Positions 1-10,300 of a stretch of 64,000 bases of DNA are shown here, in pieces. Both the position numbers and the translations under genes were made by a program. Within the stretch, counting starts at the first letter, position 1, and every line of letters begins with the position of its first letter. The stretch comes from Nitrospirota bacterium (GTDB lineage Bacteria > JACPQY01): assembly GCA_016180645.1 (NCBI GenBank), contig JACPAV010000016.1, positions 62,001 to 126,000 of the forward strand, given 5' to 3'. The notes under the pieces are model-generated. The model searched no databases, was not told the DNA's origin, and was given only the letters and a program-made list of their open reading frames with translations.

Positions 1-3000
1 CGGACGTCAGCGTGAAGTTCCCGTTGATATCCAGCCCGCCGCCGGCCGTGACCGAACCTCCACTCTTGGACACCGCAAGGTCGAAATACGTGTCCGCCGG
101 AACGGTTGCGCTGGAAGCGCCGTCGAATTCGACCGTTCCGCTCGCTTCGTTCAGCGTTCCCCACACGGGCGTCGCGCCGCTGCCGTACCGGAGGCGACCC
201 GTGTTGAGATTGAGAGTGCCGCCCGTCCCATCGAAAGCCCCGTTCTGGTCCACGGTGCCGGGCCCTACGTTCAGCGTGGCATTGTTGTCGAAGAGGCCGT
301 TCGCGGTGAGAAGAGTACCGGAGAGATCCATCGTGACCGTCGCGTTGTTCGTCAGAGTCCCGCCTACGGTCATGTTTCGCGCGGAGGCGTCGTCCAGATT
401 AAGCGTGCCCGACGTGACGGTCAGATTTCCATTCAGAGTCAGGTTGCCGGTGACGGTCTTCGTCGAGCCGGAAAGAGTCATCGAGTTGTACTGGTTCCAT
501 GTCGCATCCGTCAGCGCGGGGATGTTCTGGGCGGTGGACCCGTCGAACTGGATCGTGCCGGTGTTGAGCGGAGCGGCCGCGTCACGCAGTTGAAGCCCCG
601 CGGCGGAGAGCGTGTCGCCCACCTTGAGGAGACCCGTTCCGGACCATTCGATCCCCAGCGTGGAGCCGGAGCCCGGTGTCACGTGGCGATCCACATCCAG
701 CGCGCCCGTGCTGATCGTGGCCGCGCCGTTTTGAGACGCGTCGTTCACCACGTCCTTGGCCACGGCCACCGTGTAGCCGCCGATCGCAAACGTCCCCGCG
801 GCCAGTTTCAGGTTGTTCGAGATGCCGAGATTGGACCCCGCCGACTTGGCGCCCGACGCGTCCACGGTCAGATTGTAGAAATCGCCCGAGCCGGAGGACG
901 TCACGGTCGCGGCGCCACCTGCCAAGGCGACGGTGGTGTTGCCGATGACAAAATTGCCGGAATCGGACCAGTTGCCCGAGACGCTGAGGGTCGGGGCTCC
1001 GGTCGCGCCGGCGTCGAGCGTGCCGTTGGCGCCGATCGTCACCGTTCCGCTCACGGATACGTCCGGATCGGCCGGACCATTCGAGACGATGAGGAAGCTG
1101 GCCGCGGTCCCCCCGGTGCCCAAGCTCAGGGACCCGGCGGTGAGGGACGACGTTTTCAAATCGACCATGCCTCCATTCAGGGTCATGGAGCCGGACACGG
1201 AGTGCGAAAGCACCGACCCTCCGTCCAGGTTCAGCGTGCCGGCCTGGACGGTGAGTCCGCCCGAGACCGTCAGCGCGCCCAAGGCGGTAACGCTTCCTCC
1301 TACGCCGTTGTTGACGGTGAGATTGTAGAAATTGGATGGGGTGGCGACATTCTGAGGCGCCGTGCCGCCGAAGGTCACCGTGCCGGTCCGTTCGGTGAAA
1401 CTTCCGGTGCGCGTCCAATGCCCCTTGACTTCAAGATTGTACGAGGAGGCCGACGCATCGAGCGTGGCGCCGGAGGCGATCTCGACGTTGTTTCCGACCG
1501 CATTGGAGCCGGTCTGGTGGCATCCGAGGGAGTAGGTCGCCGCGGAGCTGAATTTCAGGTTGTAGTAAGGTTCGCAGGGAATCGTCTGACTGGTTCCATT
1601 GAAGTGGAAGGTTCCGGTGCCGGTGACGTTTGCGGCAGCAGGCTGATTGTCGGTCACGGCTCCAGACGTCTGGAAAGTTCCGGTTCCCAGATTCAGCACC
1701 GAGCCTGAACTGAGCACGACGCTTCCGGACCCCGCATAGGTTGTGGAGCCGAGGTTCAGCGTCCCGCCGATCGTGGTCGTTCCGGCCGCGGTCAGGTTCA
1801 CGGACGGCAGCGTAATGCTGTTGGACCCGATGGTGAGATGGTTGATCGTGAACGATCCGGACCCGCCGATGGTTTGCGAGGCCGCCGAGGATGGGCTCAT
1901 GGAGAGCGTGCCGGAACCTGCACTGAGCGCGCCGTCGTTGGTCAGATTTCCAAGCAGGGTCAAGGATGATGTCCCCACCGCGAGGGTCGCGGACGATTCA
2001 ATCGTTGCGCTTCCCGCCACGGTCAAAGCCGATCCGCCCTGGTCCAGCGTGGCGCCGGATTTGACGGTGAGGTTGCCGTTGACCGCCAGGTTCCCGCATT
2101 GTTTTACGTTGCCGCTCACAATCTCGAGATGGTTCACTGTCGTGACGGAGCCGGAGAGGGTGCACGCCCCGGTGGACGTGCCTCGGAGCCTCACCGTGCC
2201 CGTCTGCGGGTTCCACGCGCCGCCGGACGCCACAACCGGGCCGACGTCATCGAGGGTCAGCGTCGCGTTGCTGCCGTTCAGCGTTCCCGAAGCGCCTTCG
2301 CCGATGGTGAGCGCGCCGGCACCCGCTCCCGAGAGAAAAGTCACGCCCGCGCCGGCGGCGAAGGAGACCGTGGCGCCGTTGCGGATGGTGACGGCTCTGA
2401 AATTGGGTTCCGCCCCGATGGTCGCCGTCCCGGTAAAGTACACGCGGCCCGCGCCGGCGTTCTGGCAAAGTCCGTCGTCGTCGCCGCTGCCGTCGCACTC
2501 CGGCGTCGTCACGTTGTCCGTCCAGATCCCTCCGACAAGGAGATCGCTTCCCACGCCCGTCATGAGGATGGCGCCGCCCCCTCCCGCGCCATCGTAGAGT
2601 GTCACGTCCGCATTCACGGTGAGGTCGTTCCCGGCCGTCGAGAGGCTCAGTTGGCCGCCGTCGTTGATCTCCAGCATGCGGATTTGCTCGGCGACCACAT
2701 CGATGTTGGGTTGCAACGTTGCCGAGCCGACGATGCAGCGATCATCGGGGACGGGGGCGCCCTGCCCGGTCGGGCTCCAGTTGGCGGCGGCGCTGAAGAG
2801 CGCGCTGGAGGCTCCGGTCCAGTTCCGGGTGCGCACCCACGAGATTTTCCCGTTGGCGTCATTGATCTCGAATCCGGAGCCTCCGCGGTCACCGGAGAAG
2901 CTCACGAACGTCAGGCCGAACGCGCCGTTCAGACTGTTCGCGTTCACGTTGTTGGTCATGGAGGCGTCAAACGTACAGTTTGTGCAGGTCGGGCCGGTTC

Positions 3001-6000
3001 CGTTTTCCATGTGGAACCAGATCGCCTGCGTGGAGCAATTCGCGGCGCCCGTGCACAGCGGGCCGAACGCCACCTCCGTAAACTTCGTGGCCGTGATGCT
3101 TTCGCCCGCCGCCGCCGTGCCGAGAGCCATGCCGGTGGTGTTGGATCGCGTAAATTCGAGGCCCGTGACGTCCAGCGTCGCGCCGGAGTTGATGGTAAAG
3201 GAGGTGAAGTTGGCGCCGATTCCGGAGGTCGTGAGCCTGGCCTTGAGGGGCGCCGAGCCGCTCTGTGTGGTGCGGAAGGTCCCGCCGACCGTCATCGACC
3301 GCGCGGAGGCCGAGTTGTCAAAGGTCAGGATTCCGCGCGCCGCATCCGTTCCCGTCATTTGGTAGGACGAGCCGGCGGCCACCGTAACATTGCCGGCCAC
3401 CGTGAGAGACGCCGTCTGCGCGTCGAAAACGCCGCCGTTGACGCTCAGGTTACCCCCAAAGGAGTGGGTTCCCGTGGAGAGGCCGAATACGCCCGCCGTG
3501 AGCGTCACCGCCCCGATTGTCGTCACATTCCCATTGGCCGTGAGCGCCCCCCCGGACTTGTTGACGGTCAGAAGGTTGAATGCGGTCGCCGCCGCGATGG
3601 TTTGCGATCCGGATCCGTCGAAGGTGACGGTGGATCCCGTGTTGGTGAAGGTTCCGTTGCGCGTGAAATTGCCCGCGAGCAGGATCGTGTCATTCGCCGC
3701 ATCGAGGGTGCCTGCGGCGCCGATCGTCAGGTTGCCGTTCACGTCGAGCGTTTCGGAGCTTGCCGCCGGAGTCGTGCAGTTCTCTCCGATGGGCGCGGAG
3801 GACACGCTCGACACGTTCAGATGATTGAGCGGCATGTTGGCGTTGGCGTTGGCGATGAGCCACTGGGTGACTCCCGGTCCTCCATCCAGAACCACCGTGG
3901 AAAGTCCGGGGGTAAAGGTCGCCGTGTCGGCTGCCGCCTGGCCCAGGCAGAAGGTGCCCGCCAGGTTAAGGGTGACCGCGGTGTTGACGTTTCCATCGAG
4001 CTTCGCGCCCGCCGTGAGGACCAGATTGCCGTCCACGTTCCAATTCCCGTCGATGAGGACTCCCGAGGCCGACGTATTTGTGATCGTCACATGGAAATAA
4101 TCGCTCGCCGAGCCCGATTGGGCGCCCGTGCCGATGAACTCGACCGTCGACGATTGGGCGTTGAACGCCCCGCCGTTGATCCAATCGCCCTTCAGTTTGA
4201 TCGTGGAGGCGCCGCCGTTGAACGTGGCGCCCGACGCGATGATCAGATTCCCCGCGACGTCGAGGGTACCCGTGGCGCTCGCCGCGGCACCGGTGGGCTG
4301 GAGCGAGAGGTGCCAGAAATCGTCTCCCGGACCGGTCGGGATCACGGTATTCGGAGTGGAGTTGAAAACGACGGTGGAATCGGACAGCGGGACGAAATCG
4401 GCGGATCCCGCGCAACCTGTCTCGACCGTGAGCGTATTGTTCACGGTCAAGGTGAGGCCGGAGTTGAGGGTGAGCGTCGCGCCGCTTGCGCCACTGCATT
4501 TGAGCGTCAGGTTCTTGATCGACGCCCCGGCGGCATCCGAAATGACGGGACAGGTGGGAGAGCACGCGGCCGGCACCTCGGCGGAGTCCGTGCCGCCCGG
4601 CACTTGGTCCGGATTCCAATTCGCCGCCGTGTGCCAATTCGCCGTCCCCCCCCCCGCGTCCCACTGGGTGATGCTGTTCCACACGACGTTCGCATCCGGC
4701 AGCGCGGCGTCCTCGTCATCGAACGATCGAGTCTCGCCCGCATTCGAACCGGCGGGGGCGTCCATATCGATCCGGGACGCGCCGGAACCGGACGATTGGA
4801 AGCAGACGTTCATGTCGTTCACGGTCGAGGGAAACGAGTGGCCGTTGAGAGAGTCGGCGCCCGTGGCGGTGAGAGTTCCAGACGACACGTTCACCCACAG
4901 CGCGCAGGAAAAATTCACGGCCGGCGCGCCCGCGCAAGGATCGGAGCCGCAGAGATCCGGTGTGTCCGAAAAGGACACATTGTCAAGATTGACCACGTTG
5001 GAGTTGGACCCGTTCATGTTGATCTTCATGCCGGATGCATCGGCGAAGCCGACGTTCAGCCTGGAGATGTCGACCGTGCCGTTGACGGTGAACGTGTACG
5101 TTCCGGCGACCGAATGAGTGATCGTGGGGCCTGAGCCGCCGGTGCTGAGCGCGCCGCCGGACGCAATCGTCAACGTCTTCCCCCCGGCGAGGGCGAGCGT
5201 CGGCGTGCCCAGGAGTTTGAGCGTGCCCCCGTTCACCGTCACGCTGCCATTGGCCGTGAGCGTCGCGTTGCCCAAATCGAGCGTGCCCGCGTCCACCGTC
5301 ACCGTGCCGCTGCCGGCGGTGGAACTCGTGGTGACGGACTGATTCAGGAGGAGTGTTCCGCCGGACTTGTTGAGGCGGAGCTTGCTGACGTTGATGGTGG
5401 CCGCGCCCGTCACGGTTTGGGACCCGCCGCCGTTGAATTCGACGAGGGTCGCCTTGCTCCCCGAGGTATCGGACAGCGTTCCCTGAATGTCGAAATCCTG
5501 CCCAACCAGGAGATTGAAGCCGGCGGTATCCAGCGCCCCGCTGGAAAGGATCTGGAACTTGTTGGAAACCGTTGTCGCGGCTCCAATCGAGGCTGTGGCG
5601 GAGTTCACCGTGAGATTGTAGAAATTGGTCACGTTCGTCGTCACCGCTCCGCCGCGCCACTCCACGGTGGATTGCTGGGGGGTGAACGTCCCGGTGGATG
5701 ACAACGAGTTGGCGCGGAAGAACGTGCCGTTCCCCGCGCTGTAGGTCGCCCCGGCCGTGATGGTGAAGATGCCGGTATTGGTCAGACGGATGTCCTTCCC
5801 GGTGCTCACGGCGGTGGCATCTCCGGACGCGTCGCCAATCGTCAGGTTGTTGAAGCATTCATCGGTGGCCATCTGCGAGGCGGCGCCGGTCATGACGACG
5901 GTCGTATTGTCCTGCCGGAATCCGTCGTCCCCTGAGGCGCAATCAATGCCGGCCACACTGTTCGTCCACGTCCCACCCACGTTGATCGTTGCGGCCCCCA

Positions 6001-7312
6001 CCCCGTCGTTCAGATTGCCGGAGGCAATCAGGAGGTTGTTGGAAACCGTCAGCGGGGTCGTCGCCACGTCGGCCAGATCGGTCGCGTTGGGAAGCTGGAC
6101 ATTCAGATTGTAGTGGGTTTCATTCGCCCCCGCCCCGCCGCCCGCTCTCGGAAGCGCCGCCGCGTTTTTCCAGACGAAAGTCCCTGTGCCGGGGGCGAAC
6201 GTTCCGTTATCCGTCCACGTGGATCCTGAATTGAAGGTGAACGTGCCTCCCGATGTCAGGGTATGGTTGGCGGCAATCGATGCGGCGCCCATCACCGTAA
6301 TTGCCGCCCCGGAGGCAAACGTCGTGCTCCCAGCCGTCCCATCGCCGAAGGTGACGTCGGTGAACGTCGTGCTGCCGCCGACCGAATGCGCCCCGGCCAC
6401 GCCCGTTTCCACGAAGCGAACGGCCATGCCCGAGCTGGCGTTGAACGTGCCGTTGTTTGTCCAGCTCCCGCCGACGTCCAGGGCAAAGCCGTTGGCGCTG
6501 AGCGTGGCGCCGGAATTGATCGTGAGATTGTTGGCTACGTCGCGGCCGGTGGCGGTCGTCATCGCCGCCGTGATCGAGCTGGTCCCCGCGATGACGAGAT
6601 CGTAAAACCGGTCGATCGGCACGTCCGTGTTCCCCTTGATGGTGACGATTCCGTTGCCCTCGGAGAAGGTGCCGGTCCACGTGAGGGCGGCCGAGGCGTC
6701 CATGATCAATTCCGCCTGGGTGGCATTGTTCCCCATGTTCAAGGTGCCGGTGCTCAGCCGGAAGGTGCCGCCGACTTCCAGTTTGGCCGCGTTCTGCATC
6801 ACACATGAATTCGCCCCGGTCGCGGTGATTTCCACGTCCGTGAATTTATTCGCCCCTGTGGTGTTGCCCGATACCGCGCAGGGTCCGGATGCCCCGCTGA
6901 AAATCACATCCCCGCTCTGATGGGTGATCGTTGCGCCCTGGTTGTTGAACGCGCGTCGAATGGAGAAGTTCCTCGTCACCAGGTTGAAGGTGAGCTGCGA
7001 GCCGGATTGCAAGGTCAAGTCACGCATCGTGGCGTTGCCGGAGTTGTCTGCCGTGGGCCACGAACAGGTCCCGCATTTGGTGGAGGGAATCTCGACGTCG
7101 CTGCCGTTGGCCGGGATGCTGCCTTCATCCCAGTTGCCCGAATTCCTCCAGATACCGGACACGTCACCTTCCCAGCACCAGATGCCGTCGCCTGGGTTGG
7201 AGGTGCAGGCGTGGGCCGCGCGCGGCAAAGCCGCCGTGATGAGTAATGCGTGAAGTGTGATGAGACAAAGAAGCAGACGACCCGCGCTCCGGTGGTGTTT
7301 CACGTTACCCAT
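1..7312 (-). CDS. Giant secreted beta-helix/adhesin-like protein (>2437 aa, 3' end outside window)
   Basis: Manual translation from ATG 7312: MGNVKHHRSAGRLLLCLITLHALLITAALPRAAHA (signal peptide) then CTSNPGDGIWCWEGDVSGIWRNSGNW. The same frame reads ...VSKSGGSVTAGGGLDINGNFTLTS at the window start. No stop-terminated ORF in this frame appears in the track, consistent with an open frame to position 2. T/G/N/S/A-rich with repeated xLxVxGNLTIxxGxTL strands; 13 nt downstream of the previous stop. Confidence 0.9.
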   Translation of the reverse strand, partial: MGNVKHHRSAGRLLLCLITLHALLITAALPRAAHACTSNPGDGIWCWEGDVSGIWRNSGNWDEGSIPANGSDVEIPSTKCGTCSWPTADNSGNATMRDLTLQSGSQLTFNLVTRNFSIRRAFNNQGATITHQSGDVIFSGASGPCAVSGNTTGANKFTDVEITATGANSCVMQNAAKLEVGGTFRLSTGTLNMGNNATQAELIMDASAALTWTGTFSEGNGIVTIKGNTDVPIDRFYDLVIAGTSSITAAMTTATGRDVANNLTINSGATLSANGFALDVGGSWTNNGTFNASSGMAVRFVETGVAGAHSVGGSTTFTDVTFGDGTAGSTTFASGAAITVMGAASIAANHTLTSGGTFTFNSGSTWTDNGTFAPGTGTFVWKNAAALPRAGGGAGANETHYNLNVQLPNATDLADVATTPLTVSNNLLIASGNLNDGVGAATINVGGTWTNSVAGIDCASGDDGFRQDNTTVVMTGAASQMATDECFNNLTIGDASGDATAVSTGKDIRLTNTGIFTITAGATYSAGNGTFFRANSLSSTGTFTPQQSTVEWRGGAVTTNVTNFYNLTVNSATASIGAATTVSNKFQILSSGALDTAGFNLLVGQDFDIQGTLSDTSGSKATLVEFNGGGSQTVTGAATINVSKLRLNKSGGTLLLNQSVTTSSTAGSGTVTVDAGTLDLGNATLTANGSVTVNGGTLKLLGTPTLALAGGKTLTIASGGALSTGGSGPTITHSVAGTYTFTVNGTVDISRLNVGFADASGMKINMNGSNSNVVNLDNVSFSDTPDLCGSDPCAGAPAVNFSCALWVNVSSGTLTATGADSLNGHSFPSTVNDMNVCFQSSGSGASRIDMDAPAGSNAGETRSFDDEDAALPDANVVWNSITQWDAGGGTANWHTAANWNPDQVPGGTDSAEVPAACSPTCPVISDAAGASIKNLTLKCSGASGATLTLNSGLTLTVNNTLTVETGCAGSADFVPLSDSTVVFNSTPNTVIPTGPGDDFWHLSLQPTGAAASATGTLDVAGNLIIASGATFNGGASTIKLKGDWINGGAFNAQSSTVEFIGTGAQSGSASDYFHVTITNTSASGVLIDGNWNVDGNLVLTAGAKLDGNVNTAVTLNLAGTFCLGQAAADTATFTPGLSTVVLDGGPGVTQWLIANANANMPLNHLNVSSVSSAPIGENCTTPAASSETLDVNGNLTIGAAGTLDAANDTILLAGNFTRNGTFTNTGSTVTFDGSGSQTIAAATAFNLLTVNKSGGALTANGNVTTIGAVTLTAGVFGLSTGTHSFGGNLSVNGGVFDAQTASLTVAGNVTVAAGSSYQMTGTDAARGILTFDNSASARSMTVGGTFRTTQSGSAPLKARLTTSGIGANFTSFTINSGATLDVTGLEFTRSNTTGMALGTAAAGESITATKFTEVAFGPLCTGAANCSTQAIWFHMENGTGPTCTNCTFDASMTNNVNANSLNGAFGLTFVSFSGDRGGSGFEINDANGKISWVRTRNWTGASSALFSAAANWSPTGQGAPVPDDRCIVGSATLQPNIDVVAEQIRMLEINDGGQLSLSTAGNDLTVNADVTLYDGAGGGGAILMTGVGSDLLVGGIWTDNVTTPECDGSGDDDGLCQNAGAGRVYFTGTATIGAEPNFRAVTIRNGATVSFAAGAGVTFLSGAGAGALTIGEGASGTLNGSNATLTLDDVGPVVASGGAWNPQTGTVRLRGTSTGACTLSGSVTTVNHLEIVSGNVKQCGNLAVNGNLTVKSGATLDQGGSALTVAGSATIESSATLAVGTSSLTLLGNLTNDGALSAGSGTLSMSPSSAASQTIGGSGSFTINHLTIGSNSITLPSVNLTAAGTTTIGGTLNLGSTTYAGSGSVVLSSGSVLNLGTGTFQTSGAVTDNQPAAANVTGTGTFHFNGTSQTIPCEPYYNLKFSSAATYSLGCHQTGSNAVGNNVEIASGATLDASASSYNLEVKGHWTRTGSFTERTGTVTFGGTAPQNVATPSNFYNLTVNNGVGGSVTALGALTVSGGLTVQAGTLNLDGGSVLSHSVSGSMTLNGGMVDLKTSSLTAGSLSLGTGGTAASFLIVSNGPADPDVSVSGTVTIGANGTLDAGATGAPTLSVSGNWSDSGNFVIGNTTVALAGGAATVTSSGSGDFYNLTVDASGAKSAGSNLGISNNLKLAAGTFAIGGYTVAVAKDVVNDASQNGAATISTGALDVDRHVTPGSGSTLGIEWSGTGLLKVGDTLSAAGLQLRDAAAPLNTGTIQFDGSTAQNIPALTDATWNQYNSMTLSGSTKTVTGNLTLNGNLTVTSGTLNLDDASARNMTVGGTLTNNATVTMDLSGTLLTANGLFDNNATLNVGPGTVDQNGAFDGTGGTLNLNTGRLRYGSGATPVWGTLNEASGTVEFDGASSATVPADTYFDLAVSKSGGSVTAGGGLDINGNFTLTS

Positions 7313-7325
7313 CACTCATCACCCT

Positions 7326-10300
7326 TCACGATGTCTTCAATCGTATGACCGGGCCTTGGATCGGCTGCGCATCCACGGGCACGATTTGTTGCGAACTCTG
7401 CCCCACGGCCGTCAGGTCGGCCGGCCCATCCCAATGAACCACCACGGACACTTCCGGAGGAGGCGACCCGATGGTGGCTGAGGGTTCCGACACGCCGCCT
7501 CCACACCGGGCCATGACCACTCCCAGAACGACAGGACCGGCTGCGAGGAGGGACAGTCGCCGGCCGGCCCGCCCCCTGCGAACCGTGATCAGGAGGACGA
7601 TGAGGATTCCGCCTCCCGCGAGCAGTCCTGGAAGTAACCGATGGAAACCGCCGGCGATCGCGTCATCGACGCCGAACCGGAGCGAAGCGATCAACCGCCT
7701 GGATTGCCCCGCGGGCACGAGAACGCGCAGCGCTTCGAACCGCGCCTCGCCCTCATCAAGATTCAGGATGGCGGTGCCCACTTTCGAGTCGCTCCGGCTT
7801 AGCTTCAGATCCGCGTTCGTGTCCTCGTAGAGATCCACTCCCGAGAGGACACCGTCGGGAAGATCGGACAACCCGCGGACCGAAATCGTCGTGACGAGCA
7901 GGTCCTCGGCCTTTGACGCATCCAGTTTCCATCCCACGGCGGTCACGCTGTCCGGGAAATCAAGACGTATTTCATCCTGGGCCGGCATGAGGGCCGACGC
8001 CGTCAGCCGGCCCACGTTCTCCACCGTCACCTTCGGACCGGACAGAGGCAGCCCCATCACCTCAATCGCGGCGTTTGAAACGGCGCCCTCGGCCACGATC
8101 CCGCTTCCCGCGTCGATCCCCGCCGGGAAATCTTCGCCATGCCGGAGGGCGTCGGTAAAGTCATAAACAATCAGAAGCGGAAGGGCCGCGCCCACCGGCA
8201 CGACTAACGCGAGAGGCTCGAAACGGGCGACGGCGTTCTCCGTCTCCTCCGCGCGCGCGAAACGTTGCGGCGAGCCCAGAAGGGTTTCTCCCGGATCCGC
8301 CGATCCGTTGGCATTGGAGTCCTCGATGAGACGAATCTCCCGAACGCTCCGGACCTCGTCTCCCGATCCCCTGTCCGATACGGTCAGCGACCGCACGCGC
8401 ACGTCCTCCACGCTTCCAGCCGACAATCGCAGGGAAAGCACGGGGACGCCGACTGCATTCGGGCCGACCTTCAGCGGCGCAGCCTTCGCGGGATCGAGGG
8501 AAACGGTCAGCGAAGTCTTGTCGGAGATCCGCTTGGCGGGGCCGGCCAACGGCAACGCCGCCACCTTGAACGGTTTTCCCGAACCCATGCCTTTGCCCAA
8601 GATGCCGTCCACCGGGATCGTCAGGGCGAAGGTCTGTCCGAAGACCGGCTGATTCGTCAGGTCGCATGCCACGATCCAGGTCTGCGTCGAACCCGCGGGC
8701 AGCCGGAGGTCCAAACCCGTCCAGGAGATGGCGCCGTTGTCCGAACTCAAAGACCGGTCACTGAGAATTTCCGTTTCGCCTTCTTCGACCGAGCCGTTGC
8801 CGTTCCGGTCCACCACGCCGCGCACGGCGCGGATTCCTTTCGCGTCGTCCCCCGTACCCGAAGCTTGGACCGTGAGCGATGTGACTCGGATTTCTTCCGT
8901 CGGCCCCGCCGTCAGGGAGAATTGGAGAAGAGCCAGGTTGCGGAGTCCTTTTTTCTCGTTGGATTCGCCCGGGCTGGCGGCCGTCTTGGCCAGGATCAGG
9001 GAACCGGTATCCTTGACGATGACTTGCACATCCGCGGGCAGGCTGGTCAAGGCTCCATCCGACACCGTGAGGCGAAAGGCAAGCACCGGCTGTCCTTCAA
9101 TGTCCGGGGCGGTGAAAGTTGCGGACTTCGCCGTGGGGCTGGAGAGCACGGCCGCAGGGCCGGCCGTCTGGGACCAACTGTAGGTGATGGTCTTGCCGTC
9201 GGGATCGAAGCTCTTGGAGCCGTCGAGGGTGACCGACATTCCCTCGAAAACGGTGTACCCCTCCCCCACGCTCGCAACCGGCCTGTTATTGAGGAGATTG
9301 GCCGCACCCAAGGTTGGGGTCCACTGGTCAAACCAACCCGATGGACTGTTCGCGGGTCCCTGCGCCTCCATCGAATGGCCTTCCGCGAACGCAGGGATGA
9401 ATTGGCCCACCGTCCAGATGGCGGCGGAGTCGGCCACGTCCTCCCGGGCCTGGCCCCCATCGCCCCACTGCAAAAAATCCACCAGGTTGTCGTCGAGGGT
9501 AAAATCACTGTTGTCCAGGAACAGAGAGAGGGTATCTTTTGAATTCCCCAGGTCCGTCCACGGCCCGGTGAAAACGTCAGAAGTCGTTTTCGTCCCCGCT
9601 TCATTCACGTGCACCGTCAGCAGCCCCCCCGCGTCGACGAACGTTCCGGGGGGAAAGCACCACGCGGACGATCCGCAAGCGGAGGCCGTGCACAGGCACA
9701 TGCCGTCCAACGCCTGTCCGAAGGCCCCGGTGTTCTTGAGTTCTATTCTTTCGTGGGTCGCGTCGTTCCCCGTCGGGTCCGCCAAGATTTCGTTGAACAG
9801 AATTTCAAACTGATCGGCGCGTGCGCCGGAGGCGCGCGCAAGCAGTAAACCGTGAACCGCAAGCAGCAGGAAAACGAAAGAGAACCAACGCAAGCCTTCA
9901 CCCCCACCCGCACCCTCCCCCGTCGAGGGGGAGGGGAAGAGAGGGCTGCCCGTGCCCCTTTCCATCCCTTCCCCCCTTGAGGGGGAAGGGGAGGATGGGG
10001 GGTGCTGAACGGTTACGAGCCTTCGAGCACGGCGAAGGCGCAAGAAGAAAAAGCCGGCAAGGATCAGCACGGGAACTGTGCCGCCCACGTCCAGGGGCAG
10101 GTGGCCGCCGATGTGGGCGCAGCCGCAGCCGCCTCCCCCGTTGCTCGCTGCTCGTTGCTCGTTGCTCGTAGGCTCGGCCTCGGGGGTTCCCCCGAACGCC
10201 CCCTGATTGATGCGACCCCCGTTCGGCTCCGGCTCCATTAAGAACTCATCGTCCGGATCGCCCGCGTCGATCAAAGGCGACCCCGGCGCCAGTTTGAAAT

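Noticed and set aside
12-7253. Long plus-strand ORFs (e.g. 2099..5134, 1011 aa) and short off-frame minus ORFs
   Set aside because: Antisense or off-frame shadows of the giant minus-strand gene; Arg-rich or Val/Pro-rich with no motifs.
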